Shown: positions 1 through 8,966 of the stretch, in pieces
Position numbering within the stretch: position 1 is the first letter of the stretch
How the letters are laid out: each line of letters opens with the position of its first letter
From: a virus
Taxonomy: Duplodnaviria > Caudoviricetes
DNA length: 57,163 nt
IMG/VR virus record: IMGVR_UViG_3300037452_000193
Coordinates: 1 to 57,163 of that record
Direction: 5' to 3' (one strand)
The notes under the pieces: generated by a model
What the model saw: only the letters and a program-made list of their open reading frames with translations
Databases searched by the model: none
What the model was told of the DNA's origin: nothing
Position numbers and translations under genes: made by a program

Positions 1-1
1 G

Positions 2-724
2 GGGTTCTCGTGGGGAGCATGGGCCGTCCTGCAGATGCTCTTGCACAGGAGCGAGTTCGTCATTGGGGGCATCTCTCGTTCCTCGCCAACCCAGTGGAAC
101 GCGTACCCGACAGACGGGCCCTTTGCTTTCAGCGACCTCGCCGGTCAGGACACGTCCGGGGTCAACCTCGTCACCCAGACACTGACGACCGTCACCTCAG
201 CGACTGCAGGAATGAGCGGGCCGCCCTACCTCATCACCCTCAATGGAACGTTCTCAGGGTTCTCGGCCAACGAGTTCATAACAATCCAGAACGTCTCGAG
301 TTCCAGTTCCTCCGATTCGACCAGCTACACGCAACTCCTCAACACACCGCCGGGTCCCACGGGGGGCCTGCGCCCCAACTGCTCGAGCCAGCAGCTGGTA
401 AGCGCGTCCTCGAGCCACCTCGCGTTCAACCTCGGGACGATGCCCACGGACACCCTGACCTCTCTGCAGGTCTCGGCCAACACCGTGCTCAACTCGCTGA
501 CCGTGCCGCTCGCCTTGGCTTGGGGCACGACCGGAGAGCTCGTCATGTTCCCCGAGCTCAACACGATCGCGTCCAACGCCATTGCGAACGGTGCTCCGGT
601 GACCCCCTACGTGATGACTGGCGAGACCCACGAATGGCTCGACGCTGATTCCACCGCTTTCGCCGGGACCCCGACTGCCTGGGTGCAGTCGGTCCTCGAC
701 CCGCACTACCCACCCGTCCACTGA
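2..724 (+). CDS. Tail-associated protein, 5'-truncated by the window edge
   Basis: Frame is open from position 2 (GFSWGAWAVLQMLL...). T/S/G-rich beta-type composition, in line with downstream tail genes. Confidence 0.65.
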   Translation, partial: GFSWGAWAVLQMLLHRSEFVIGGISRSSPTQWNAYPTDGPFAFSDLAGQDTSGVNLVTQTLTTVTSATAGMSGPPYLITLNGTFSGFSANEFITIQNVSSSSSSDSTSYTQLLNTPPGPTGGLRPNCSSQQLVSASSSHLAFNLGTMPTDTLTSLQVSANTVLNSLTVPLALAWGTTGELVMFPELNTIASNAIANGAPVTPYVMTGETHEWLDADSTAFAGTPTAWVQSVLDPHYPPVH

Positions 725-736
725 AAGAAGAAGCCG

Positions 737-1300
737 ATGCTGCTGACCGATGACATCCGCTGGTGGCCGAGGTTCACGGTCCACAAGTTTCACCATCACG
801 AGCTCGTTGAGGCGGGAGTGGTGGGACGAGGACTCGACGACATCCTCGCGGCGGGCATCGACCCCTATGCCATCACCGAGGTCGAGGGCAATCAGTTGGT
901 GAATCAAGGTCTCGGCTACCTCGGAGAGCTGCTGTGCGGCACAGCCAGTCCGACCAACTACTCCAACGCCAATGCGCGGATCGGTGTAGGGGACAGCTCG
1001 ACAGCCTTCGCCCTGACCCAAACAGACCTCCAGGCCGCTGCCGGCAACACGCACCGCCAGTTCGAACCCATGGCGGCGAGCTACCCCACCGTGGTCAACG
1101 GCGTCTACACCTTCCAGGCCGTCTTCGGCACGGGCGTCGGCAACTTCACCGCCGGCTGGCAAGAGTGGTGCTTCGACTCCGGTGGAGGAGGAGGGGCCGG
1201 CACGACCGTCAGTGGGATGCTCAATCGGGCAGTCGTGAACCTCGGGACGAAGACCAGCGCGGCGACCTGGACCGCAACGGCGACTCTGACAGTCAGCTAA
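737..1300 (+). CDS. Virion structural / minor tail protein
   Basis: Motifs NARIGVGDS...TQTDLQA...FGTG.GNF..W.EW...MLNR.V..LGTK, seen in phage tail-tip proteins. Confidence 0.7.
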   Translation: MLLTDDIRWWPRFTVHKFHHHELVEAGVVGRGLDDILAAGIDPYAITEVEGNQLVNQGLGYLGELLCGTASPTNYSNANARIGVGDSSTAFALTQTDLQAAAGNTHRQFEPMAASYPTVVNGVYTFQAVFGTGVGNFTAGWQEWCFDSGGGGGAGTTVSGMLNRAVVNLGTKTSAATWTATATLTVS

Positions 1301-1687
1301 GTGGGCGCGGCCGACGTCCTCAACAACGGGGCTCAGGCCACGGTCACGTCGGGGGGGCTGACTTCCGTCCTGACCGACAACGCCTTCGTGGTCTCGTCGG
1401 CTGCCGAGTTCGTGAACGTGGCCAGTTCATCGGGGATCCCCCCGACGCAGTTCCGCATCCTCGACGCCAACGCCCCGTCCGAGGTGATGATTGTTGTCAA
1501 TCAATCAGGTGCCGGGCTCGTCGACTGGTTCGTCATCCGAGGCGCCGAGGGTTCCGCCCCGATCGACCACGCTGCCAACTGGACCGCCGTGGGCATGGCG
1601 ACAGCGGCCGGGCTGCGGAACCTCCTTCCTGCGATCCCGGCCGACCGCCCCGCGTCCACCATCAACGCCGCCCGGTACGTCGGCTAA
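1301..1687 (+). CDS. Minor tail protein
   Basis: GTG directly after the upstream stop. E.M.V...V.RG.EG...H..N pattern of tail beta-modules. Confidence 0.65.
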   Translation: MGAADVLNNGAQATVTSGGLTSVLTDNAFVVSSAAEFVNVASSSGIPPTQFRILDANAPSEVMIVVNQSGAGLVDWFVIRGAEGSAPIDHAANWTAVGMATAAGLRNLLPAIPADRPASTINAARYVG

Positions 1688-1696
1688 GGAGCCCGC

Positions 1697-2347
1697 ATGA
1701 GCGCCAACGTGATCCCCGTCTTCACCCAGGCCCCGATCGTCGGCACCTACACGTTGACGACGGCCGACACCAACACGGGGGGAACGGGGGGAACGGCCCC
1801 CACCCACGTCGGGCTCCTCCTCGACGCCACCACCAAGACCGTCGCCTCGGTCACGACGACCAACGGCTCGCAACTGTGCACCGTGTCGTCTGGCGGGTTC
1901 TCGGGCGTCTACGTCGGCATGTCGGTCATCGGGACGGGGATCAACCCCGGTACCGTCGTGCAACTGGTGGCGGGCAACAACCTCATCCTCAGCCAGCAAG
2001 CCACGGCCTCAGGGACGGTCACGCTCACGTTCGTCTGCAACGGCCTCAACGTGTCGAGTGTCCGCTGGGGCTGTCTGGCCACGTCCTCGACCGGCGGGGT
2101 GGTCAACCTGTTCCTCGACGACGGGACGTCGACCTACTACCAGGTCGACGCCCTGCCCTACAACGCCTTCACCTCTGGCGCCACAACGGCATCCCCCTTC
2201 GGGACCAAGCCCTATGACCAGCTCATCATCCCCGGTCCGGGCGGCGGGTTCTCGAACGGCTCGGCCTACACCGGGGGATCGAAGCTCTACGCCACGGTCA
2301 CCGAGACGAACAACGTCCAGGTGACGGCGTTCGCCTCCGCCTTCTGA
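1697..2347 (+). CDS. Minor tail protein
   Basis: AAGGAG RBS. Contains the VGM.V.GTGI..GT.V....LSQ.ATASGTVTLTF beta-module. Confidence 0.7.
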   Translation: MSANVIPVFTQAPIVGTYTLTTADTNTGGTGGTAPTHVGLLLDATTKTVASVTTTNGSQLCTVSSGGFSGVYVGMSVIGTGINPGTVVQLVAGNNLILSQQATASGTVTLTFVCNGLNVSSVRWGCLATSSTGGVVNLFLDDGTSTYYQVDALPYNAFTSGATTASPFGTKPYDQLIIPGPGGGFSNGSAYTGGSKLYATVTETNNVQVTAFASAF

Positions 2348-3555
2348 TGCAAGGTCGCGGCCTCAACGTCGGCACCAGCCGTGTCGGCTGGAGGGAGTAC
2401 ACGCCCCAGCTCGACGTCTACAACAGCCAGACGACGACGCCGACGCTCGGAGCGGGCGCAACGCAGTTCGGGCGCTACCTCTACTTGCCCGAGCAAAAGC
2501 TCTGCCTGTGCGACTTCGAGATCGGCTTCGGGTCGAGCCCGTCGCCGGGGAACGGGACGTACATTGTCTCCCTCCCGGTCCCGATGCAGCGGGCATGGGG
2601 GCAGAACGCCAACCTCAACGCCGACCGCCCTGTCGGATCAGGGTGGGCGCTGAAGGGCATCACCGCCCCAGCCATCCCCCTCAGCTGGATCGCTTCCGAC
2701 GCGCCGGGCCTGACCTACAACGGACCGCAGGAGCAGTGGGTCCAGGCACTCCTTCCCTACAACTACGTCTCGGGATCAAGCTCGATCCCGACCACCGCCG
2801 CCTCGGTCGCCGTGTCCTTTCCCTTCACCCTGCCGGTGGCGCCAGCGGCCAGTGACATCATCGTCGTGCCGACTGCCTCAGGTGCGGGGCCTACTGGCAC
2901 GGCCTCTATTCCGGTCACGGCAGCATCGGTAGCGGTGAGTTACCCGCACACAATGGCGTCCGCTCCTGGCCCGCAGGACATCACCATCGTCCCGACGAGC
3001 GGCGCTCCGATCGGTGCGTCGGGCACGGCGACGATCACGACGGGGAATACCAGCGTCGCCGTGTCGTTCACGAACGCCCTCACCAACAGCCCGCTCAACG
3101 CGGCTGACCTCGTCGTCGTGATGACCGCGGCGGAGACGTCGGGCACGGGCCGAGGGTTCTGGATCAGCGGTTTCACGACGTCGGGCTTCACCATCAACGT
3201 CCCCGTGGCGACCGCTGCGAACGTCACCTTCGACTGGCAGGTCCGTATCGGCGGCCCCTACGTCACTGCCACGTCGACGTCGGGCTTCACCCTCGCCCTC
3301 TCGAACAACCCGGGCTCGTCCTACAGCTTCAGCTACCGGGTCAACCCAGCATCCCCGTTCTGGGTGACGAGTGTTTCGACCGCCGGATTCACCGTGAACC
3401 TCCCAAATAACCCGAACGGCTCCTGGGGCTTCAACTGGAAGCTGTTCGGTAGCACTCTCGGCCCAGTCCTCCTCCAGGCCAACAGCGGCTGGGGGATCGG
3501 GAACACGGTCCTCGACCGCATCGCCGGCAGCCTCGTCTACGAGACGCTGGCGTGA
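2347..3555 (+). CDS. Tail fibre / receptor-binding protein with three H-type-lectin-like (tail-fibre C-terminal-like) modules
   Basis: Three copies of G..SI.....SVAVSF...P..DI..VPT and three copies of (F)WV...TTSGFT......F.W. TGATG overlap with the upstream gene. Confidence 0.65.
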   Translation: MQGRGLNVGTSRVGWREYTPQLDVYNSQTTTPTLGAGATQFGRYLYLPEQKLCLCDFEIGFGSSPSPGNGTYIVSLPVPMQRAWGQNANLNADRPVGSGWALKGITAPAIPLSWIASDAPGLTYNGPQEQWVQALLPYNYVSGSSSIPTTAASVAVSFPFTLPVAPAASDIIVVPTASGAGPTGTASIPVTAASVAVSYPHTMASAPGPQDITIVPTSGAPIGASGTATITTGNTSVAVSFTNALTNSPLNAADLVVVMTAAETSGTGRGFWISGFTTSGFTINVPVATAANVTFDWQVRIGGPYVTATSTSGFTLALSNNPGSSYSFSYRVNPASPFWVTSVSTAGFTVNLPNNPNGSWGFNWKLFGSTLGPVLLQANSGWGIGNTVLDRIAGSLVYETLA

Positions 3556-4382
3556 GCACGACCGTCTACGGCGGGAACCTGGCCGTCGGCGTCCCCTTCG
3601 TCCCCGGGGCGATGACGCAGACGGCGGTGTCTCTCAGCGACACCGGGAGTGGTGCCGACGTCCTGGCCGCCATCGCGGCCGCGTTCGGTGATACCGCGAG
3701 TGGGGCCGATTCGCTTGCCCAGATCGCTTTCACAATGGCTGACGCAGCGTCAGGGGCAGACGCCCTTGCCCAGATCGCACTCCTGTTGACCGACACCGCG
3801 TCAGGGGCAGATTCCCTCGGCTCGATTGCCCTGACTCTGGCCGACCTGGCCAGCGGGACGGACAGCCTCGGGAGTGTGGGTCTCTTGCTGACCGACAGCG
3901 CCACCGGCGCCGACGTCCTGGGGAGCATCTCAGCCGCCATCGGCTTCGCTGACACTGGCTCAGGCGCGGACAACCTCATTGCCGGCTCGGGCCAGTTCGT
4001 GATGATGAGCGACAGCGCGACAGGCGTGGAGGCGATGACCATCGTGGTGACGCTGGGCTTCTCCGAGTCTGCGACAGGGGCCGACCTCCTTGGCCAAATT
4101 GCCTTGAACCTGGAAGACACCGGGACCGGGGCTGACACTCTGGCACTCTCCGCCTCCCTGGGGTTGAGCGATACCGCCGAGGGCGCTGACTCCCTTTCTC
4201 TCGCCGCGCTGCTCTCTCTCGTCGATGCCAGTGAGTTCATCGACGCCCTGGTGATCCTGCTCCCCTCCCTCGGGGGAGCGGCCGAGCTCTCCATTCAGGC
4301 CTTCGGCGCTGATCTGAGCGTCCAGCCCTTCTCCGCCGAGGAGTCAATCCAAGCCTTCGGCGCCGGGGATTCGATCGAGTAG
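3552..4382 (+). CDS. Repeat-rich virion protein with about 17-aa (L/F)xD(T/S)xSGADxL repeats
   Basis: More than ten imperfect DTASGADSL-type repeats. GTGA overlap with the upstream gene. Confidence 0.7.
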   Translation: MSTTVYGGNLAVGVPFVPGAMTQTAVSLSDTGSGADVLAAIAAAFGDTASGADSLAQIAFTMADAASGADALAQIALLLTDTASGADSLGSIALTLADLASGTDSLGSVGLLLTDSATGADVLGSISAAIGFADTGSGADNLIAGSGQFVMMSDSATGVEAMTIVVTLGFSESATGADLLGQIALNLEDTGTGADTLALSASLGLSDTAEGADSLSLAALLSLVDASEFIDALVILLPSLGGAAELSIQAFGADLSVQPFSAEESIQAFGAGDSIE

Positions 4383-4389
4383 GAGCCCT

Positions 4390-4725
4390 ATGACCATCCT
4401 CCTGCCCGATCCTATGTACGTCGGCAACTCAGCCCTCGTCGGGGTGACTTTCACGGTCCCCCAGGTCGGCCTCCCGAGAGACCAGTGGCCTGTCGGAGAT
4501 CCTGGAGAGATCACGCTGCAATGGGTCGGCGGGGACGGAGCCTCTCTCATCACCTGGATGTATCAAGGGGCCGGGTCGATCGTCCGCCAGTCCGAGGGGA
4601 TCTACACCGCGGTCATGGCCAACGACAACGTCGGGAGATGGTCGATCCTGTGGACAGGGACCGCTCCTGTCGCGGCGGTGGTCGGAGGGTCTTACCCCGT
4701 GAGTCCCCTGCCAGCGGCCTTCTGA
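4390..4725 (+). CDS. Small virion protein (beta-sandwich)
   Basis: AGGAG RBS. DP..ITL...IVR.S.GIY....G.W...W.GT pattern common in actinophage tail modules. Confidence 0.65.
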   Translation: MTILLPDPMYVGNSALVGVTFTVPQVGLPRDQWPVGDPGEITLQWVGGDGASLITWMYQGAGSIVRQSEGIYTAVMANDNVGRWSILWTGTAPVAAVVGGSYPVSPLPAAF

Positions 4726-5063
4726 TGCGATTCCTGGGCCTCGGGGCCGTGCTGGCGCTCCTGATGGCCTCGGGCGCTTTCGTGGCCTCTGGGACCGTCC
4801 TGGCCACCGATCCGACGGTGTGGGTGGTCAACTGCTCGACGCCCACTCCTTCGGGATGGGACTACTCCGTCCAGTTCACGGGTACCGAGTCCGCCGCGGC
4901 CACCTGGGAGGCCGCCCCTCCTCAATCAGGGCAGTGCTGGGAGACCCTGTACCAGAACCCCGGCTCCCTTACCCCCTCGAAAGAGCTGGTGAAGCTTTGT
5001 GCCAGACCGAAATGGAGGAACGAGCCCGGCCACGCCCAGCGATGCGAGAAGTACGGGCTCTGA
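4725..5063 (+). CDS. Secreted or membrane-anchored protein
   Basis: ATG overlaps the upstream stop (TGATG). Hydrophobic N-terminus MRFLGLGAVLALLMASGAFVA. Four Cys. Confidence 0.6.
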   Translation: MRFLGLGAVLALLMASGAFVASGTVLATDPTVWVVNCSTPTPSGWDYSVQFTGTESAAATWEAAPPQSGQCWETLYQNPGSLTPSKELVKLCARPKWRNEPGHAQRCEKYGL

Positions 5064-5308
5064 TGCTCCCCGGCGCCGGGTTCAAGGCGTTCAAATCCCC
5101 CCACAATCGACCATCGAGCCGTGAGATCGCCCACCGCCAGTCGATGGTGGTGGCCTGTCGAGCCTGCGGGGCCCGGGTGGGGGAGCGGTGCACTGTCCGG
5201 AGTTCCGCCCGCCCGGCCTGGGATCCGCATCGCATCCGAATGGCTGACATTGGACGATGGAAGCGGCGCAGCCTGAATGTCCGCGTGACCTCGAGGTCCA
5301 TTCGGTAA
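5063..5308 (+). CDS. Small zinc-finger protein
   Basis: TGATG overlap. CxxCxAxxGxxC...HxxR phage zinc-finger pattern. Confidence 0.55.
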   Translation: MLPGAGFKAFKSPHNRPSSREIAHRQSMVVACRACGARVGERCTVRSSARPAWDPHRIRMADIGRWKRRSLNVRVTSRSIR

Positions 5309-5350
5309 CCTGACCGCTTCGCCAAATGCGACGGCGTACGAGACGACTTG

Positions 5351-5381
5351 GCCCCCTCTGCCTTCGGGTGGAGGGGGCTTT
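5351..5381 (+). terminator. Intrinsic terminator, possibly bidirectional, between the convergent tail and recombinase genes
   Basis: GCCCCCTCTGCC-TTCG-GGTGGAGGGGGC stem-loop followed by TTT. Confidence 0.8.
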
Positions 5382-5395
5382 GTCGCGTCCGGGGT

Positions 5396-6205
5396 TCAGT
5401 CGGTGGGCAGTCCGATCGCTGCGACCGCGGCCTTCGCTGCATCCTGATCGAACGCCGTGTAGACGGCCGTGGTGGCCACCGATGCGTGACCGAGGAGTTC
5501 CTGGACCACCCTGAGGTCATGGCACTGCCGGAGGGCGTTGCTGGCGAAGGAGTGCCGGAGGGTGTGCGCTCCTCCCGTGATGCCCTGCTTGCGGAGGAAC
5601 CGCCCGATGTTCCAACTGATCTGATTGGCCGTGAACTTCCGATTGTGCTCGGTCTTCCACATGAGCCCTCCGAAGGGCGGAGTCACGCGTTCGAGAGCCT
5701 CCCGCAACTGAGGGTGAAGGGGGACGAGGCGCTCCTTCCCCCCCTTGGCCTCGGTGACCCGGAGCAGTCCTTCTGCGAGCATCACATCGTCGGCCCGGAG
5801 GCCGGCTATCTCCTGGCACCTGAGGCCGGCCAGCGCCCCGCACAGCAGCCAGGCTCGCATCACCGGCCGAGCGGCTTCCAGGGCCTTCTGGAGGTCCGAG
5901 GAGGGCATCGGACGAGGGAGGCGCCGCGGGGTCTTCGGGGCCTTGATCCGGATGGTCGGGTCTCTCACCTGGAATCCCTCTCCGGAGCAGTACCGGTAGA
6001 AGCACTTCAAATGGGACACCCACAGAGATCGGGTCTTGAGGCTCATGTCCCGACGGTCGAGCCAGGACTCGACCTCCTCTTGGGTGACGTGGAAGCCCAG
6101 CTCCCGCTCAAAGGTCCGCAGCATGATCTCCCGCTGCACGATGGTGGTGTGGGCGAGGCCCTGCCTCTCCATGGATTTCACGTACCGGGCGATGTAGTCG
6201 GCCAT
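5396..6205 (-). CDS. Tyrosine recombinase (short, XerC/D-like integrase or resolvase)
   Basis: Catalytic R (GLRCQE), K (AKGGKER), HTLRH, LGH and Y (TTAVY). 269 aa with no arm-binding N-terminal domain. Confidence 0.93.
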   Translation of the reverse strand: MADYIARYVKSMERQGLAHTTIVQREIMLRTFERELGFHVTQEEVESWLDRRDMSLKTRSLWVSHLKCFYRYCSGEGFQVRDPTIRIKAPKTPRRLPRPMPSSDLQKALEAARPVMRAWLLCGALAGLRCQEIAGLRADDVMLAEGLLRVTEAKGGKERLVPLHPQLREALERVTPPFGGLMWKTEHNRKFTANQISWNIGRFLRKQGITGGAHTLRHSFASNALRQCHDLRVVQELLGHASVATTAVYTAFDQDAAKAAVAAIGLPTD

Positions 6206-6231
6206 TCGATTCCCCTTCCGTAGGTGCCCTC

Positions 6232-6260
6232 ATTGTATCGACAGAGGGAAGGGGTGTCTA
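6232..6260 (-). promoter_or_regulatory. Sigma70-type promoter of the recombinase, overlapped by two TGTCNATAC sites
   Basis: Minus strand reads TAGACA-17 nt-TACAAT. Motif copies at 6235-6243 and 6255-6263. Confidence 0.7.
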
Positions 6261-6265
6261 TACGC

Positions 6266-6299
6266 GCAAGAACCCCGGCTGGAGAACCGGGGTCCTTGC
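6266..6299. other. Intergenic hairpin between the divergent recombinase and replication operons
   Basis: GCAAG-A-ACCCCGG...CCGGGGT-C-CTTGC inverted repeat. Confidence 0.55.
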
Positions 6300-6398
6300 A
6301 TCCGATCCCCTACGGAACGGAGCTCTCACCCTATCGGTGTCCGTGACGTTGTCGCGGCACCCTGGTACCGTGCCAGCACCCTACGGAAAGGAGCACCC

Positions 6399-6575
6399 GT
6401 GGATCTCATCATCACGAAGACGGTGCGAGGCCTGCGGGCCTTGGGCCAGCACGAACTGGCCACCAACTACACCCGAGAGGCCGTCAATCTGTACGGCGGT
6501 GACGTCGTGCCTCTCCTCGACCTCCTCCAGGCGCTCACGCCCCAGGAGATCCGCTGGCTGGCCGAGCTCAACTGA
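6399..6575 (+). CDS. Small hypothetical protein (58 aa, absent from the ORF track)
   Basis: AAGGAG RBS, GTG start, MDLIITKTVRGLRALG...WLAELN*. Stop overlaps the next ATG. Confidence 0.6.
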   Translation: MDLIITKTVRGLRALGQHELATNYTREAVNLYGGDVVPLLDLLQALTPQEIRWLAELN

Positions 6576-7303
6576 TGGCTCGGGAGAAGCTGAGCGACCT
6601 CGCCTTTGCGGAGAGTCGTCACAGGTATACGGATCCGCGCACCGGCGAACGCGTCACCGGCGTGACCACCATCGTCGGCCATCTCGACACAGGCGACAAA
6701 CTCGGTGCCGGCGCCGCAGCCGCGGTGAGGCTCCAGAAGGAGGGGCTGGACCATCGCGAGGTGTGGGGGGAGAAAGCCGATACCGGGAACCGCGTCCATG
6801 GATACGCGGAGGACTGGGCCAAGGGCAAGAGCACCGTCGTCGATGCGCAAGACGAGCCTTATCTCGACGCCTTCGCTGCGTTCTGCAACGACCACCGTCC
6901 TGAGTGGCTCGAGGCTGAACGTGCCGTGGTCTCCCACCTCGGGTACGGCGGTCGCTTCGACCTCATCGGGGCCTGGGGAGAAGAGTTTTGGGCTGTTGAT
7001 CTAAAAACCGGGAAACAGTACCTCCCGGAACTCGCTCTCCAGTTGGCTGGCTACACCTCCTGCGACGGAATGATTGTCTACGACGAACGCGGCATGGCCG
7101 TTGATCTTGACCCGTTGCCCCATGTCGATCGCTGGGCAGGTCTCTACCTTCACGACGACGGCCACTACGAGTTGATCGAGGTGCCGCGGATCAAGCCTGA
7201 GGAGGGGATGCCCCGTGACGTCGCACAGAAGTGCGCCGTCGAGGCCTTCCGCCATCTCGCCGTCGTCAAGATTTGGGCCACAGCTGAAAAGAGGAAGCGA
7301 TGA
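6575..7303 (+). CDS. PD-(D/E)XK exonuclease (RecB/Cas4-like recombination nuclease)
   Basis: VTTI...G..VH...E..V.....YGGRFD...VDLKTG...QLAGY. Sits next to ERF. Confidence 0.85.
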   Translation: MAREKLSDLAFAESRHRYTDPRTGERVTGVTTIVGHLDTGDKLGAGAAAAVRLQKEGLDHREVWGEKADTGNRVHGYAEDWAKGKSTVVDAQDEPYLDAFAAFCNDHRPEWLEAERAVVSHLGYGGRFDLIGAWGEEFWAVDLKTGKQYLPELALQLAGYTSCDGMIVYDERGMAVDLDPLPHVDRWAGLYLHDDGHYELIEVPRIKPEEGMPRDVAQKCAVEAFRHLAVVKIWATAEKRKR

Positions 7304-7340
7304 CTGACACGACCCTCTCCGAGCAGATCACCATTCTCCG

Positions 7341-8153
7341 ATGAGCGAGCCGGAAGGACCAGAAGTGACCGAGCCAGCTACCCCTCCAGAAGCCGGGCAG
7401 CAGCCCCTGAGGCCCCCTGAGGCCCCCCGACCGGCCCCGGGGGACGTCTGTAGCCATCCCACCTTTTGCGAGGCTCTGGCGCACGCTCAGAGCGACTTCC
7501 CGGTCATCCCGAAGGGCAAGACCGCCCGGATCAAACCCCGCGAGAAGCCGGAGTACACCTACGACTACGCGGACCTGGCCGACATCATCGAGGCGGTCAA
7601 GCCGATCCTCTTCCGGTGCGGTCTGTCGATCTCGCAGCCCATTGGCTTCACCAAGGGCGGCCAGGACTACCTGCAAACGATCCTCATGCACCCGGCAGGG
7701 AGGCTCAAGTCGCGGATGCGTCTCACCGTCCAGCAGTCCACCCCCCAGGCCACAGGATCCCTCATCACCTACTACCGCCGTTACGCCTACTGCGCCATCC
7801 TCGGCATCGTTTCGGAGGCTGACGACGATGGGTCCCTGGCCGAGGCCGCCTACGGAGCCGATGCACCGCGGCGCCGGCGCGCCCCGAGGTCTTCCACGCC
7901 GACGTCTGGCCGCAGAACGCCCACGCGCGCGCGGGGAGTCGAGGGAGACGGTCCGCCGGTCGGCATCATGTCGGCCAAGAACCGCAACGACATCGTGAAG
8001 CACTATGCCAAGGCCGATCCACCGGTCCGCGGCAACACCGAGGTCGAGCTGGCCATCCAGGCACTCATGAAATGGGACGCTCCGGTCACTCTCTCTTCGC
8101 TGACCGTCGAGCAGGGCGGCGACATCATGGACGCACTCGGAATAGCGCCTTGA
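7341..8153 (+). CDS. erf: ERF-family single-strand annealing protein
   Basis: Y.YADLADI...KPIL...GS.ITYYRRY....LGI..E.DDDG. Alternative GTG start at 7365. Confidence 0.9.
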   Translation: MSEPEGPEVTEPATPPEAGQQPLRPPEAPRPAPGDVCSHPTFCEALAHAQSDFPVIPKGKTARIKPREKPEYTYDYADLADIIEAVKPILFRCGLSISQPIGFTKGGQDYLQTILMHPAGRLKSRMRLTVQQSTPQATGSLITYYRRYAYCAILGIVSEADDDGSLAEAAYGADAPRRRRAPRSSTPTSGRRTPTRARGVEGDGPPVGIMSAKNRNDIVKHYAKADPPVRGNTEVELAIQALMKWDAPVTLSSLTVEQGGDIMDALGIAP

Positions 8154-8899
8154 CCTGGTTGGATGGGCCTCTGTTGGGGCTGGACCTCGAGGCCACCGGC
8201 AAGGAGCCGGAGACTGCCATCCCGGTGCAGTTCGCACTGGCGTATTGGGATGGAGAGAAGTTCACCCAGGTCCGCCACGGTCTCATCAACCCCGGCGTCC
8301 CGATCCCCGAGGAGTCAACCGCGATCCATCACATCACCGACGAGATGGTGGCCGAACGCGGTGGAGACCTCGACAAGTCGATCATCGGCATCATCGGAGA
8401 GCTCGTCACCGCACAACTGGCGGGCACGCCGGTGGTGGCCATGAACGGTTCCTACGACCTCACTGTGCTGGACCGGTGCTATCGACGGGCCGGTGGTGGT
8501 GGACTCGTCGAGGACTTTCGATGGAATGGGCCGCTGATCGACCCGCTCGTCATCGACCGGCACATCGACCGCTTCCGGAAAGGCTCGCGCACTCTGTCCG
8601 CGCTCTGCCATCAGTACCAGGTACTCCTCGGTGAGGCCCACCAGGCTTATGCCGACGTGGCAGCCACGGTGCAGCTCGCACGGTACGTCGCCTGGACCAA
8701 ACGCAAGCGCCTGGACATCGACCCGCTCGAGCTCCATGCGTTGCAAGTCGTCTGGCATCGCGAGTGGCTCGATTCGTTCAACGAGTACCGAGCGAAGAAG
8801 GGGGACCCGGCGCTGCCTCCCGAAGAAGGTGACTGGCCCATCCGCGGCAGAAGTGCTTGCGTCACCGAAACGTCAGACGTAGGGTCAACCGCCCCCTGA
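8150..8899 (+). CDS. DnaQ-like (DEDDh) 3'-5' exonuclease
   Basis: LDLEATG, IHHITDE, NGSYD and HQAYAD motifs. TTG start overlaps the upstream stop. Confidence 0.9.
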   Translation: MTWLDGPLLGLDLEATGKEPETAIPVQFALAYWDGEKFTQVRHGLINPGVPIPEESTAIHHITDEMVAERGGDLDKSIIGIIGELVTAQLAGTPVVAMNGSYDLTVLDRCYRRAGGGGLVEDFRWNGPLIDPLVIDRHIDRFRKGSRTLSALCHQYQVLLGEAHQAYADVAATVQLARYVAWTKRKRLDIDPLELHALQVVWHREWLDSFNEYRAKKGDPALPPEEGDWPIRGRSACVTETSDVGSTAP

Positions 8900-8966
8900 A
8901 CGCGAGAAACGGCGCCGGATTCCGACCCAGGCGCCGCTCCTCTTCGACCTATGAAGGAGGTCGTCT

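Noticed and set aside
1-6205. Tail-fibre shufflon or diversity-generating retroelement
   Set aside because: No reverse transcriptase, no template/variable repeat pair, and no inverted fibre cassettes or crossover repeats near the recombinase.
6575-7303. Cas4 as part of a CRISPR system
   Set aside because: No other cas genes and no Fe-S Cys cluster. Its position next to ERF indicates a recombination exonuclease.
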